From an uncultured Candidatus Poseidoniales archaeon (GTDB taxonomy: Archaea; Thermoplasmatota; Poseidoniia; Poseidoniales; Poseidoniaceae): a stretch of DNA of 59,966 bases. The position numbers and the translations under genes are program-made. The notes below the pieces were generated by a model. The model searched no databases and was not told the DNA's origin. It saw only the letters and a list, made by a program, of their open reading frames with translations. Location of the stretch: positions 1-59,966 of the forward strand of contig CAXGZX010000003.1 in the NCBI GenBank assembly GCA_964014545.1, read 5' to 3'. Positions 25,288-35,504 of this stretch are shown piece by piece (position 1 is the stretch's first letter; the number at the start of each line of letters is the position of its first letter).

Positions 25288-27874
25288 TATTTTCACCTCC
25301 TGTCATATTTTGCTGCTCTTGAACTATCGCATTATCAAGTGGTATTGGTGGTAATTCAGCGAGCGGAATCATTCCTAAATCGCCAGGCGGCGGAAGATTG
25401 GAAGCGAAATCGATATGTTGCTTTTCATCGAATAATTGCTCCTCATTTAGGTCATCTTCCTCGCGACCCATTTTCACTACTAAAGCAATCGACGCACCAA
25501 GAATAAATCCTAAGCCAATCACTAAGTAAGTCAGCCAAGATGCTGCTGGGTCTTCACCCATAATGGCAATAGCGGCTTTGAATTCACCATAATCATTAGA
25601 CCATCCGTCACCGTTATTGTCTGGACAACCTTGGAGGTCTCTTGTCGAATCCCCCGCATCGTTTGGACAATCATCACGCATTGCACCAAGTGAAACATCT
25701 CCATAGCCATCTCCGTCAGTATCACGCCATTGTAACGCTTCGTTAGGGAATGAGTCTGCCAATCCAAACGGATGAGCTGGCCAATTTTCGGTTGGGTCTG
25801 ACCAACCATCGCCATCGGTATCTCGACAACCCAACCGGTCCATCAAGGAGGTACCTCTTGAGTCTGGGCAAGCATCTCCTTGATTACCCGCAGCAGCATC
25901 ACCAAAGCCATCACCATCACTGTCTCGCCATTGGGTAGGTTCGTGGATAAATGCGTCACCTAAGTCTGACCAACCGTCACCATCAGTATCGATACAGCCC
26001 CATCTATCCCCACCTTCAACTGGGCCAACAGAAGTACCAGCATTGTCTGGACAAACATCAGCTGTTGTTCCTTGAGGGTTATCGCCACGACCGTCCCCGT
26101 CTTTGTCATGCCATTGAGTTGGATCAAGAGGCCATGCATCGCCGTTACCACCTGGACTTGCTAGCCAATTTGGAGTAGTATCCGACCATCCGTCACCGTC
26201 GGTATCAGGACATCCCCATCTGTCAAATGTAGAATAGCCAACTGTGGTCTTACAACTATCACCACGGAATGACTCGCGCCATGTTTGACCATCAAAATAT
26301 TCGATATTGTCACCATAACCATCAGAATCTGTATCGTACCACTGACTTACTTCGTCAGGGAAGGCATCAGCAAAACCATCGGGGTGGGCAATCCAATCGC
26401 TGGTAGGGTCTGAGTAGCCATCCTTGTCGATGTCACGGCAACCAAGGCGATCAATTCGAGATATCCAACTTGATTCTACCTCTTCAGGTGTTGAGTAAAT
26501 ACAAACGTCGCCTTCAAAGCCACTTTGATTATCTCCATAACCATCATTATCTGTATCAAGGTATTGTGAGGGAACTAGTGGGAAATCATCTACTTGTGAA
26601 GCTCCATAAGTTTGGTTGTCGCCCCAACCGTCCTTGTCAGTATCTCGCCATTGCGTTGGATTATCGGGGAAATCATCGATTAGTGAAGCCCCGAAAGATT
26701 GGTTGTCTCCCCAGCCATCATAATCTGAATCTTGCCATTGAGTCGGTTCCAGTGGAAAAGCATCAGAGCCGTTGTACATGGTCCAATTCTCATCGCCATC
26801 AGAGTACGAATCGCCATCTGTATCAGTACAACCAAATCGATCTGAAGATGATGAACCAGTGATAAACGGGCATGCATCAGGCTCAGTAGCCATTTCTAGC
26901 CATTGACCAATACCCCATGCAATGTGCGTTTCATTCCACATTGGGTCTTCCCAGTTATCTCCATAGCCATCTGCGTCGGTGTCTGTCCATTGAGTATTAT
27001 CCTGCGAGAAAGCATCAGCTAAGCCAACTGGATGAGCAAACCACTCACTGACTCCGTACAAGCCGCCAGGGTCGGGGTCTGAAAAGCCGTCACCATCTGA
27101 ATCTAAGCAACCATATCTGTCATTGTATGAACCACCCGAATTGTAAGTACAAAAATCACCTTGGTAGCCATCTAAATTATCGCCAAAACCATCGTTGTCC
27201 GAATCTTGCCACTGGGTTGGTTGGTAAGGAAATGCATCTGCTCCATTATTTGGCCCCCAACCAACCTCGGGGTCAGAATAGCCATCAGAGTCTGAGTCAA
27301 TACAGCCCTTGCGATCATACACTGAGGTCCCCGGAGTATTATCGCAGGAATCTTCGGTATCGATGTAACCGTCCTCATCGGTATCTCTATCGCCAGAATC
27401 AATTGAGGCAGTCAAAGTATAATCGATAGCATCGTTACAATAGCTATCTTTGCCTTTTATTTTTACATAAACCCAGTCTGCTGTGTTCATGGTTTTGCTC
27501 AAAGTACCAGTTGGATTATCATCGCTCAGTGCTAGCGATGCAATTTGCCCTCCTCCTGCGTCATGAATTGAGTAATCACCTTCCCATCCATCGCCCCAAA
27601 AGCATAACCAATCGGGATTTGGTAGTGTTCCAGAAAAGGAAATACTGACTATATCACCCTTGAAAGCATAAACTCTCCACCAATCGACTTCATCATTTGG
27701 CGAACAACCATCATCGTAGCACACTTGACCTGATGCTGAAACACCTTCGATTAGTGTATTGGCACTTTGCAGACTATCATCTGCAGAAGTGGTAGGCAGG
27801 AAACCTAACAATAGCGCGGCCAAACATACCACTATGAATCGCTGTGCGACCATGTATAGCCATTGCGATATCAT
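25280..27874 (-). CDS. surface protein: PPC-like N-terminal domain, long TSP3-repeat stalk, TM anchor
   Basis: signal peptide; DEVDWWRVYAFKGDIVSISF (PPC-like); many DAFP..PTQW.D.D.DG.GDN / DR.GC.D.DGDG.SD units; TM WLTYLVIGLGFILGASIALVV; start may be ATG 27853. Confidence 0.85.
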   Translation of the reverse strand: MISQWLYMVAQRFIVVCLAALLLGFLPTTSADDSLQSANTLIEGVSASGQVCYDDGCSPNDEVDWWRVYAFKGDIVSISFSGTLPNPDWLCFWGDGWEGDYSIHDAGGGQIASLALSDDNPTGTLSKTMNTADWVYVKIKGKDSYCNDAIDYTLTASIDSGDRDTDEDGYIDTEDSCDNTPGTSVYDRKGCIDSDSDGYSDPEVGWGPNNGADAFPYQPTQWQDSDNDGFGDNLDGYQGDFCTYNSGGSYNDRYGCLDSDGDGFSDPDPGGLYGVSEWFAHPVGLADAFSQDNTQWTDTDADGYGDNWEDPMWNETHIAWGIGQWLEMATEPDACPFITGSSSSDRFGCTDTDGDSYSDGDENWTMYNGSDAFPLEPTQWQDSDYDGWGDNQSFGASLIDDFPDNPTQWRDTDKDGWGDNQTYGASQVDDFPLVPSQYLDTDNDGYGDNQSGFEGDVCIYSTPEEVESSWISRIDRLGCRDIDKDGYSDPTSDWIAHPDGFADAFPDEVSQWYDTDSDGYGDNIEYFDGQTWRESFRGDSCKTTVGYSTFDRWGCPDTDGDGWSDTTPNWLASPGGNGDAWPLDPTQWHDKDGDGRGDNPQGTTADVCPDNAGTSVGPVEGGDRWGCIDTDGDGWSDLGDAFIHEPTQWRDSDGDGFGDAAAGNQGDACPDSRGTSLMDRLGCRDTDGDGWSDPTENWPAHPFGLADSFPNEALQWRDTDGDGYGDVSLGAMRDDCPNDAGDSTRDLQGCPDNNGDGWSNDYGEFKAAIAIMGEDPAASWLTYLVIGLGFILGASIALVVKMGREEDDLNEEQLFDEKQHIDFASNLPPPGDLGMIPLAELPPIPLDNAIVQEQQNMTGGENNE
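25293..25300 (-). promoter_or_regulatory. Shine-Dalgarno GGAGGTGA inside the 3' end of the upstream TSP3 gene (translational coupling)
   Basis: reverse complement of TCACCTCC, 5 nt before ATG 25287; the two genes overlap by 8 bp. Confidence 0.65.
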
Positions 27875-28020
27875 CTATGAAATAGCCGCTTGTTAATAAC
27901 AGGCTGATAAAACCGGTTTTGATATGAAAAAGATGCCTGAAATGGTAATTTTCACATTATTTTACGAGAAATATATGCTGCTTCACCCCTAAATTTAGGT
28001 CAGTAGTTATCCAAATGGTG

Positions 28021-29283
28021 TTATTTTATTATTGACTCATATATTTGGATGAATTTTGTTGCATTGTGCTCATAGGTATACTCGGCAAGGATTCTCTCCC
28101 TACCCGCCGTACTCAAAGATTCAAGTGCCGGTTTATCTGCAAGTAATGCATTGACTTGTTTTGCTAAGTCATCAGAATCTCCTGTTTTGAAAAGTCTGCC
28201 AACCGACGTATCAATCATCTCAGTGAGGGGTGCTTGGTCTACTGTAACCACCGGCGTACCACTTGATAATGCCTCTAATGGAATTAGTCCTTGACCCTCA
28301 TAATAAGAGGGGTAAATTACCAAATTGGCGCTGCGGAAGTGTTGGGCCAAATCTTCAAATGACATCCCACTAATTATGAATACCGAATCATTGATTGCTA
28401 ACTTTTTAGCCACCTTCAATAATTTCTTTTTCATATGCCCTCTTCCAACAATAACCAATTTTGCTCCAGGGTTTTCGGCAATTATTTTTGGCATTGATCT
28501 TAACAACGTCATGTAACCTTTTCTCGCGACTAAACGGCCTACTGCTAATAACATTGGAGTATTAGTATAAATGTCATGAGACAGCGCTGCTTCATCATCA
28601 CAAACATATTGGTGACGAATTTTTTCATGGGCTAATTGTTCCTCTTCATCATCGGTATTAGATGGACGAAACACTTTGTGATCGCATCCCCATAACTCTA
28701 CCTCGGCATTAAATTCCTTATCTGGACTGTACCAATTGCTAAATTCTTGCAGAGTAGACTTCGAGTTGGCTACACTTATTGATGAATTAAGCAAACCTGC
28801 TTTCTCATATTTAGCATACCATTTGGCCGTTAATCTAATTGCTAAATCATTTGGATTAAGCCAAGTAGCCGATTCACCAGCCTTAGCTGCCCGAATTACT
28901 CCCTGTTTTTCTCCAAGCCAAGAACCATGAAGTGATGAACAAACTGGAGCAATATTCTCTTTCATAAAATTAAATTCCTTGGCTGAAAAAGAGGCCAATG
29001 GAAGATGGATATGGATTACATCCACAGGGTCTTCACGATGGATAGATTTTAGCGCTTTAAGGGCATTTTTGGCGTAAGAACGAGTAAAGGTCATTGGCAG
29101 TTTTAGCCACGGAACTTCGACAATTGACACCCCAGATTGCGGTGGTGCTCGACCATTATGGCTTCTAGTGATGATGGTAACGGAATGCCCAAATGATGCT
29201 AAATGTCCTGCAAGATGGTAGACAACCGAGCCAATACCACCCCATCTTGGGGGGTACTCACCAGCAATCATCACTATGTGCAT
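28021..29283 (-). CDS. glycosyltransferase family 4 (GT-B)
   Basis: EYPPRWGGIG, LAVGRLVARKG, YPSYYEGQGLIPLEALSSGTPVV (EX7E). Confidence 0.92.
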   Translation of the reverse strand: MHIVMIAGEYPPRWGGIGSVVYHLAGHLASFGHSVTIITRSHNGRAPPQSGVSIVEVPWLKLPMTFTRSYAKNALKALKSIHREDPVDVIHIHLPLASFSAKEFNFMKENIAPVCSSLHGSWLGEKQGVIRAAKAGESATWLNPNDLAIRLTAKWYAKYEKAGLLNSSISVANSKSTLQEFSNWYSPDKEFNAEVELWGCDHKVFRPSNTDDEEEQLAHEKIRHQYVCDDEAALSHDIYTNTPMLLAVGRLVARKGYMTLLRSMPKIIAENPGAKLVIVGRGHMKKKLLKVAKKLAINDSVFIISGMSFEDLAQHFRSANLVIYPSYYEGQGLIPLEALSSGTPVVTVDQAPLTEMIDTSVGRLFKTGDSDDLAKQVNALLADKPALESLSTAGRERILAEYTYEHNATKFIQIYESIIK

Positions 29284-29326
29284 TATTACTGCGATGAGGG
29301 ATTGGCGTTTGAATATTGACCACTAA

Positions 29327-29357
29327 TGGAAGAAAATTGGTGTGAATTTTCTATCCA
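29327..29357. promoter_or_regulatory. inverted repeat in the divergent GT4/GT2 promoter region
   Basis: AGAAAATT-ggtgtg-AATTTTCT (29331-29352), extendable by TGGA/TCCA with a 1-nt bulge. Confidence 0.35.
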
Positions 29358-29391
29358 ATGACTTCAAAACAGGAAATCTACCCGCCGCTTT

Positions 29392-30162
29392 ATGGGCGAT
29401 ATTCTACCCACGACCGTTACTGTTATCCTCCCGACTCGTAATGAAGAGGAGGCTATCGAGCCGACTATCGATTCAATACCCACTGGCTGGTGTAAAAAAT
29501 TAGAAATTCTCATTGTCGATGGGAACTCTTCTGACAAAACTAGAGAGTTAGCTTTGAAGAAGGGCGCAAGAGTGCACCTAGAGGACAGAAGAGGGTATGG
29601 CAGAGCCTACAGAACTGGCTTTGATATCGCTAGTCACGATATTATCGTTACAATGGATGCAGACTGCACTTATCCAGCAGAATTGGTGCCAAAATTAGTA
29701 AAAAAACTACTTGATGAAAATTTAGAATACATTACCTGTGACCGTTTATCCTTGGCTGAAGATGGCTCAATGTCGGGATTACATGGATTTGGTAACTGGG
29801 CGCTCTCTTTCACTGCTAGACTGTTGTTTGGTTATGGAATCAAAGATTCACAATCAGGAATGTGGGTGTTTAGAAAGTCTATTTTTGACAACCCTAAGAT
29901 GCGGCCAACCAATGATGGAATGCCGCTATCAGAAGAGATTAAACTGTTAGCGAGAAAGCATATTGGTAAAGAAAAGGCGATAGAAATCTCGGTACCTTAT
30001 CGACCACGTGTTGGTGATGCAGAAATCCATACGTGGGGCGATGGTTGGAAGAATTTCAAATTCTTATTCGCCAAAAGAATCGGTATGAACCGTACCAAAA
30101 CCCCTTGGGGTGGAAGAGAATCAAATCCTGATTCAATGAACAAGGATTTGCCTGAACAGTGA
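29392..30162 (+). CDS. glycosyltransferase family 2 (dolichol-phosphate glycosyltransferase-like)
   Basis: ILPTRNEE, IVDGNSSDKT, RGYGRA, TMDADCTYP (DxD), DSQSGMW, YRPRVG. Confidence 0.9.
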   Translation: MGDILPTTVTVILPTRNEEEAIEPTIDSIPTGWCKKLEILIVDGNSSDKTRELALKKGARVHLEDRRGYGRAYRTGFDIASHDIIVTMDADCTYPAELVPKLVKKLLDENLEYITCDRLSLAEDGSMSGLHGFGNWALSFTARLLFGYGIKDSQSGMWVFRKSIFDNPKMRPTNDGMPLSEEIKLLARKHIGKEKAIEISVPYRPRVGDAEIHTWGDGWKNFKFLFAKRIGMNRTKTPWGGRESNPDSMNKDLPEQ

Positions 30163-33100
30163 TTAATTCAAGCCTTCTTCTTGTTCCAACTGCGACCATA
30201 AGTCATTGACTACCTCGGTGATCTGTTCGACATCACCTTGTTGGTCATCTGGATATTGTTCGGACGGTTGCTTGAAAGTTTCCCAGGACTCGATCAAGTC
30301 GTCTTCCAGTTTGTTATTTCTGACACGGGCAATGACTAGGGTAATCAAAATTAACGAGATAATGCCTAATCCAGCAATAATTAGTGGAGTATTACTGCTG
30401 GTAGAATCAGCATCTTTTACGACAATTGTTTTCGAGACTTGGCTTATTGTTGCACTATCACCAACTCCGTCTCTGGCGGTGATTTTCAGGCTCGGACGGC
30501 CTGATTTTTCAGGGTTGACCTCTACTGACCCTGTCCATATACCATCCCCGTCTAGGTCTTCAAGCGGAAAATCCCAGACTTGGATTCCGTGGATTATGGT
30601 TGCTTGTACATCTTGAGTTGTCCCGTCAGGGTCGGATAAAATCACACTAACTTGTAAATTCACTAGCTGATTGGTGGTAAGTTCTGCCGGAGTTACTATG
30701 ATAGATTGCTCATCTAGAACAGGATCGGTTTTCTCAACTCGAATGTTTCTTGAAGTGACTTGAGTGTTTAGCAGACTATCTCTAACGGTTAGTTCTATGA
30801 GATATTCACCAGGGTCCAAAATGGTTGATTCGGTACTGCCACTCAATGTCTCGACTACTTCACCAGTTGACTTATCAATTATTTTCCATTGCCTGAAGGT
30901 AATATCAAAGTCTGCATCTGTTGATTCTTCTTCAAGGATAATAGCAATTCCACCGGTGAAAGATTGGCCTTCACTAGGGTTGATGATTACTACATCTGGG
31001 GCTGATGGCTCGACTATCAACTCAAAGAAATCTGTTCTAACCATTCCATCATCATCGGTAAGAGTAATTTCAATGCTGTGTGTTCCAGCACTGAGTTTAG
31101 ACATGTGGGTTATGCTGGGGTCAGCGTCGAGTAATATTGGCTCTGCTAATTGGTCGCTTCTAATGGTCATAGTGAAATCGTCGCCATCATAATCAAGTGA
31201 ATTAACCGCATTCCAAAAGATGAATTCTGATGATTTGAGGATTTCAGTGAATTCAGGAGTTGCCAGTGATAAGACAGGTGCTGATTTACTAACTTGGATC
31301 GATGTTGTTTCAGTTACTGAGGGGTTGATTCCGTCATCAATTTCTAGTGTGATGGTATGTATTCCACTACTCAGCCTGGCTTGATAGAACAACCCTTCCT
31401 GATTGGTTGAAGACAATCTACCATCTAGGTCACTGGTCCATGAAACCTGTAGATATTCAGAGCCTTGAAATGCCTCGGTTTGTGAACAAAGCCAGAAGCC
31501 GATAGTGTTGAACGAACTACATACTGAATCGAAATCACCTGAACCATTACCAGATAGGATTACTAGTTCAGATGAATCATATGAATCTGCTTGATTTGGC
31601 GATACAATCTGTGCCGATGGTGGAGAATTCAATACTGAAATTAACATGGAGGAGACTTTGTATTCCTCTACATGCTCAAGGTTATCATCGGTGACCCGCA
31701 TTTCAATAGTATGAATTCCACGTGACAAATGTCCTTGCCAAACTGTTCCAGAAGGTTCATCAGACCACTGGAGGATACCATCAAGGCTAGAATAAAACTC
31801 AATTGCCAAATTATCACCTTCAGGATCAACAGTCGATGACCCATCTAGGGTAACTACTGATTGGCTAAAGTTATCAGTTCTGATTATGGTGAAATTCGGC
31901 TCTGGTATTTCATTATATAATGTCGTAGAGTAAGCCAATTCAACTGGTGGATTGACGCCATCATCAACAAAAATAGATAATACGAAATTATCTTCTTCGG
32001 GCGCCGGATTATTTTGACTAGATTCAAGCGGGAACGTGTATTCTATAATTTCGGGACAGTTATCAATTCCAGGCGACTCAATAGGGTATAACAATCCGTA
32101 AGAAGTAGTTATCCAGCAATTCAGCGCATCCCCTTCCGGGTCATAAGTGCCTGAGAGATTAACCACAACGGTGCCAGTTTTAGCAATTATCAGTTCGTTA
32201 AAGGCGTTTAATTCCGGACTAAAATCAACAAAGACAATCGGGACAAAATTGGATAACTCAATAATCCTACTCTGTTGTACACAATGACCTTTATCGTCAC
32301 ATAGTTTTGCAGTAATAGTATGAACTCCATCACTGAGAGTTTGGCTGACATCTGCCTGATTAACGGTGAAATTGGCTGAATTACCAATATTACCATCGAT
32401 TGATGATGTCCATTCCCAAATTAAGGCGTCGTCATCTATGTCCCAAGAGCGTGTTGCATTGAATTCTACTTCTGAGCCACTAGGATAGATTGAGTCTCCT
32501 TCTGGTGAATCCCAATATAAGAAAGGCGGCTGATTATCGATTGGTAATATACAATAAACGGTTTTATCATCATCTAATGATACTGAACTACTGTTTGTTA
32601 ATCCATCATAAGCACAATCAATCGTGACTGTAGTTAATGGTGAAGCACCTGATTGAGTCCATTGTTGACCAATAAAGTTAGGGAATTTAACATAGCCAAT
32701 ATCATTAGCATTCTCTTGGGCATTTGGTTCGAATTGATCAAAACTAATCCCTACTGGAGCACTTGGAATGCCATTAGAATTATTATTTTGTACCCATACC
32801 TCGATGTCCCAAGCAATGTCTATTTCCGCAGAAGGAGCAATAATAGCGCTTGCGAAATCAATTTGTTGAGGTTGATGCAGGTGAAGTTTAGAAAATGAAT
32901 CTAAATTTATTGCGGTTGAGGCCGTTAAATCAGTGAATGAACTCCAATTTACCTGGCTATTTTGCAAAATTATCGAACCGGTGCATTCTGGTACAATGGT
33001 ATTATCTTGACCGATTAAATCGCTATGGTCAATCAACAGTAGACATGATGTTCCTGAAAGTTGAGCTCTGCTGAGTTCTGATGGATAATTGCCATTATTA

Positions 33101-34917
33101 TTAGCGTTCCAAACCATACCTGAGTGATTACCTTGGAGAACTAAAGTGTCAATGTTACCAGCAGCCCGATTAATTCTGATTGCTGGACCAGCATCAGTTC
33201 CTTGTCGCTCTGTGACAATTAGCACATCATGCATATGGAAACGGCCACCTTGCTGTCCTAAACTAAGCCCACTATTGTCGACGGTTATCGGGTCGTAAGC
33301 AGGGTTATTATTTTCCACAGTCAAGTGATTGAGAAATAGATCTACTGAATCCTTTACCATTACTCCTGAACCTGCAGAATTTGAAACCGTACAATGATTA
33401 CAGGTTACATCACCAGAACTAGATTCTAAGTCATTAGATTTCTCGAAAAATAATCCGGCTTGCTCCATTTCATTTAATCCCAAATTACCATTACCTATTG
33501 CGGTAAGGTTGGATAAAGTAACGTATCGTGAATCAAAGATATGGGAACCTGATTGGCCATTATCAGATAGATGGAGATGGTCAACTATTACTGTGGATGA
33601 CTCGATAAATAGCCCGTCTTTACTGTTGTTGTGTAAGAACCAATCACTACCTTGCATAGCTCCTCCGGATGTTGCAGAAATTCCTGGTCCAACTGAGCCT
33701 GAGATCACTAAATTTTCAAATCTAGGAGCGAAGAAAGAAGACCTAATCGCCAAGCCTGCTTCATGGGCCCCTTCTCCAGGATCGCCAGAATCTGTAATAG
33801 TTAAATTTCTAAATGTAGTAGATGCGTCAACAAAGTATAATCGAACTCCTACTGTAGTTGAATCTTCTACTGTGGTATTTTCAAACCATGCTCCTGTTGC
33901 GTTAACTTCAATGGCAGCAAATCCAATCCCTGCAGTTTTTGCATTTGGCCCGCCAGTACCTCTAACAATAGTATTAGTGAAATCCGCAGTTTCGTAATTA
34001 GTAAAATTAGTATGGTTTGACTTGTCGACATATATCCCCCTATACATCGAATTAGTGACGATGCAATCTCTTACAACTGCTCTAGTAAAGCCACCATCGC
34101 TAACATGTCTTATCAAAATCCCATAATCAGATTTATCAACCGACAAATCAGTGATAAGCGGTTGACTGTCCTCAATCCAAACTCCTGCTGAAATCGCATT
34201 CGCGCCTTCTGCACTGACATTATCTATGCTGATATCGTGGTATATTCCACCAGATGAGCCCCAAATATTGAGGCCTCTAATACGCAAATCTGTCATGGTT
34301 GCTCGCTCAACAATAGGAGTTGACCCAGCACCAACAGAAAGCCCAAGTCCATAACGCCAATCTGAATAGGTGAATCCTTTACCTGCTTGATTTATGATTA
34401 AATCGTGAATTACGGGATTGGCACCGGAGAATAAATCAATTCCAACTCTCGATGGATTGATGATTGTAGCATTATTTATCTGTGGGTCTGAGCCGTAGAT
34501 AGTAATACCATATGTTGCATCCTCAAGCGTTATATTATCAATTATCGAACCTCTACCTGATGATGAACTATTGAATTGAATACCGTAGTGAAGGCCAGAG
34601 TTAAGCTGCGAAAAGACCACAGGACAACTATTATTTCCTTGAATTAATAACCTACCCTCGACAAATAATCTTGTTGAAGCAGATAATTCAACTGTTGTAC
34701 ATGGAGAAATTACTAACTCATCAGTTACACTTACCGTGTAAGATTCTGCTAACTGAATCAGACCGCTCCATGTCGTCTGCGCTTTTGTTACAGCATTGCT
34801 TTCAAGAGTATCATTTTCAAAGGTTTCTGAATCAATGGGCAAACTAGTAAGCGGCGTCAAAACTAGGATTAAGGTCATCAACAGCATAGAGAACTTTACC
34901 CTAATGACACCATCCAT
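30163..34917 (-). CDS. giant surface protein: right-handed beta-helix (pectin-lyase-like) region, tandem PKD/Ig-like domains, TM anchor
   Basis: signal peptide; N-terminal GI.I....P.I..N.I repeats; repeated D..GD.L..W.S..DG Ig-like units; TM PLIIAGLGIISLILITLVIA. Confidence 0.8.
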   Translation of the reverse strand: MDGVIRVKFSMLLMTLILVLTPLTSLPIDSETFENDTLESNAVTKAQTTWSGLIQLAESYTVSVTDELVISPCTTVELSASTRLFVEGRLLIQGNNSCPVVFSQLNSGLHYGIQFNSSSSGRGSIIDNITLEDATYGITIYGSDPQINNATIINPSRVGIDLFSGANPVIHDLIINQAGKGFTYSDWRYGLGLSVGAGSTPIVERATMTDLRIRGLNIWGSSGGIYHDISIDNVSAEGANAISAGVWIEDSQPLITDLSVDKSDYGILIRHVSDGGFTRAVVRDCIVTNSMYRGIYVDKSNHTNFTNYETADFTNTIVRGTGGPNAKTAGIGFAAIEVNATGAWFENTTVEDSTTVGVRLYFVDASTTFRNLTITDSGDPGEGAHEAGLAIRSSFFAPRFENLVISGSVGPGISATSGGAMQGSDWFLHNNSKDGLFIESSTVIVDHLHLSDNGQSGSHIFDSRYVTLSNLTAIGNGNLGLNEMEQAGLFFEKSNDLESSSGDVTCNHCTVSNSAGSGVMVKDSVDLFLNHLTVENNNPAYDPITVDNSGLSLGQQGGRFHMHDVLIVTERQGTDAGPAIRINRAAGNIDTLVLQGNHSGMVWNANNNGNYPSELSRAQLSGTSCLLLIDHSDLIGQDNTIVPECTGSIILQNSQVNWSSFTDLTASTAINLDSFSKLHLHQPQQIDFASAIIAPSAEIDIAWDIEVWVQNNNSNGIPSAPVGISFDQFEPNAQENANDIGYVKFPNFIGQQWTQSGASPLTTVTIDCAYDGLTNSSSVSLDDDKTVYCILPIDNQPPFLYWDSPEGDSIYPSGSEVEFNATRSWDIDDDALIWEWTSSIDGNIGNSANFTVNQADVSQTLSDGVHTITAKLCDDKGHCVQQSRIIELSNFVPIVFVDFSPELNAFNELIIAKTGTVVVNLSGTYDPEGDALNCWITTSYGLLYPIESPGIDNCPEIIEYTFPLESSQNNPAPEEDNFVLSIFVDDGVNPPVELAYSTTLYNEIPEPNFTIIRTDNFSQSVVTLDGSSTVDPEGDNLAIEFYSSLDGILQWSDEPSGTVWQGHLSRGIHTIEMRVTDDNLEHVEEYKVSSMLISVLNSPPSAQIVSPNQADSYDSSELVILSGNGSGDFDSVCSSFNTIGFWLCSQTEAFQGSEYLQVSWTSDLDGRLSSTNQEGLFYQARLSSGIHTITLEIDDGINPSVTETTSIQVSKSAPVLSLATPEFTEILKSSEFIFWNAVNSLDYDGDDFTMTIRSDQLAEPILLDADPSITHMSKLSAGTHSIEITLTDDDGMVRTDFFELIVEPSAPDVVIINPSEGQSFTGGIAIILEEESTDADFDITFRQWKIIDKSTGEVVETLSGSTESTILDPGEYLIELTVRDSLLNTQVTSRNIRVEKTDPVLDEQSIIVTPAELTTNQLVNLQVSVILSDPDGTTQDVQATIIHGIQVWDFPLEDLDGDGIWTGSVEVNPEKSGRPSLKITARDGVGDSATISQVSKTIVVKDADSTSSNTPLIIAGLGIISLILITLVIARVRNNKLEDDLIESWETFKQPSEQYPDDQQGDVEQITEVVNDLWSQLEQEEGLN

Positions 34918-35028
34918 AAGTTCCGTTGTACAGTGTTACTTTTCAATGGTTCGTATAGTTGGGCATGGTGCTAAATCGAGGTTCATTTAGATAGCAAGCA
35001 ATAAGAAATTGGTTGATGTGGAAGGTTC

Positions 35029-35262
35029 ATGCCTGAGGCGTTTGTCTTGTTCAAAACCCTACCTTCAAGGGAACGTGATGTATATCTTAGATTAAGTAAT
35101 CATGAATCTGTTGTTGAAGTACACGCACTGTATGGCGAATATGACTTAATTGTCAGGGTTAGTTCAAGCGAATCTGGGAAGCTATCGGGCATGTTGATGA
35201 GCGACTTTAGACAAATAGATGGAGTCAAAGATACTCAGACTCTAATTGCAGTAGAATATTAG
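35029..35262 (+). CDS. stand-alone Lrp/AsnC ligand-binding (RAM) domain protein
   Basis: AFVLFK...EVHALYGEYDLIVRV...IRQI/DGVKDTQTLI pattern; no HTH; 77 aa. Confidence 0.85.
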   Translation: MPEAFVLFKTLPSRERDVYLRLSNHESVVEVHALYGEYDLIVRVSSSESGKLSGMLMSDFRQIDGVKDTQTLIAVEY

Positions 35263-35270
35263 GTGATTAA

Positions 35271-35504
35271 ATGGCGATTGGATTTGTATTGATAACAACT
35301 GAACCTGGACAAGAGAAAATTGTTCGCGAAACCCTAGAATCAATTGATTTGGTAACCGCTGGATGGATGTTATTTGGCGAATATGACTTAATCGCACGAG
35401 TCCAAGCGGATGATGAATATGACCTAACAAGATGCATAGTAGAGGAAATTAGACCGATGAAGGGGATTGTTGACACTAAAACCCTAATCGGTGCGGAACT
35501 TTAG
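35271..35504 (+). CDS. stand-alone Lrp/AsnC ligand-binding (RAM) domain protein, paralog 2
   Basis: AGGTGA RBS; GFVLITTEPG, LFGEYDLIARV, IRPMKGIVDTKTLI; 77 aa. Confidence 0.88.
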   Translation: MAIGFVLITTEPGQEKIVRETLESIDLVTAGWMLFGEYDLIARVQADDEYDLTRCIVEEIRPMKGIVDTKTLIGAEL

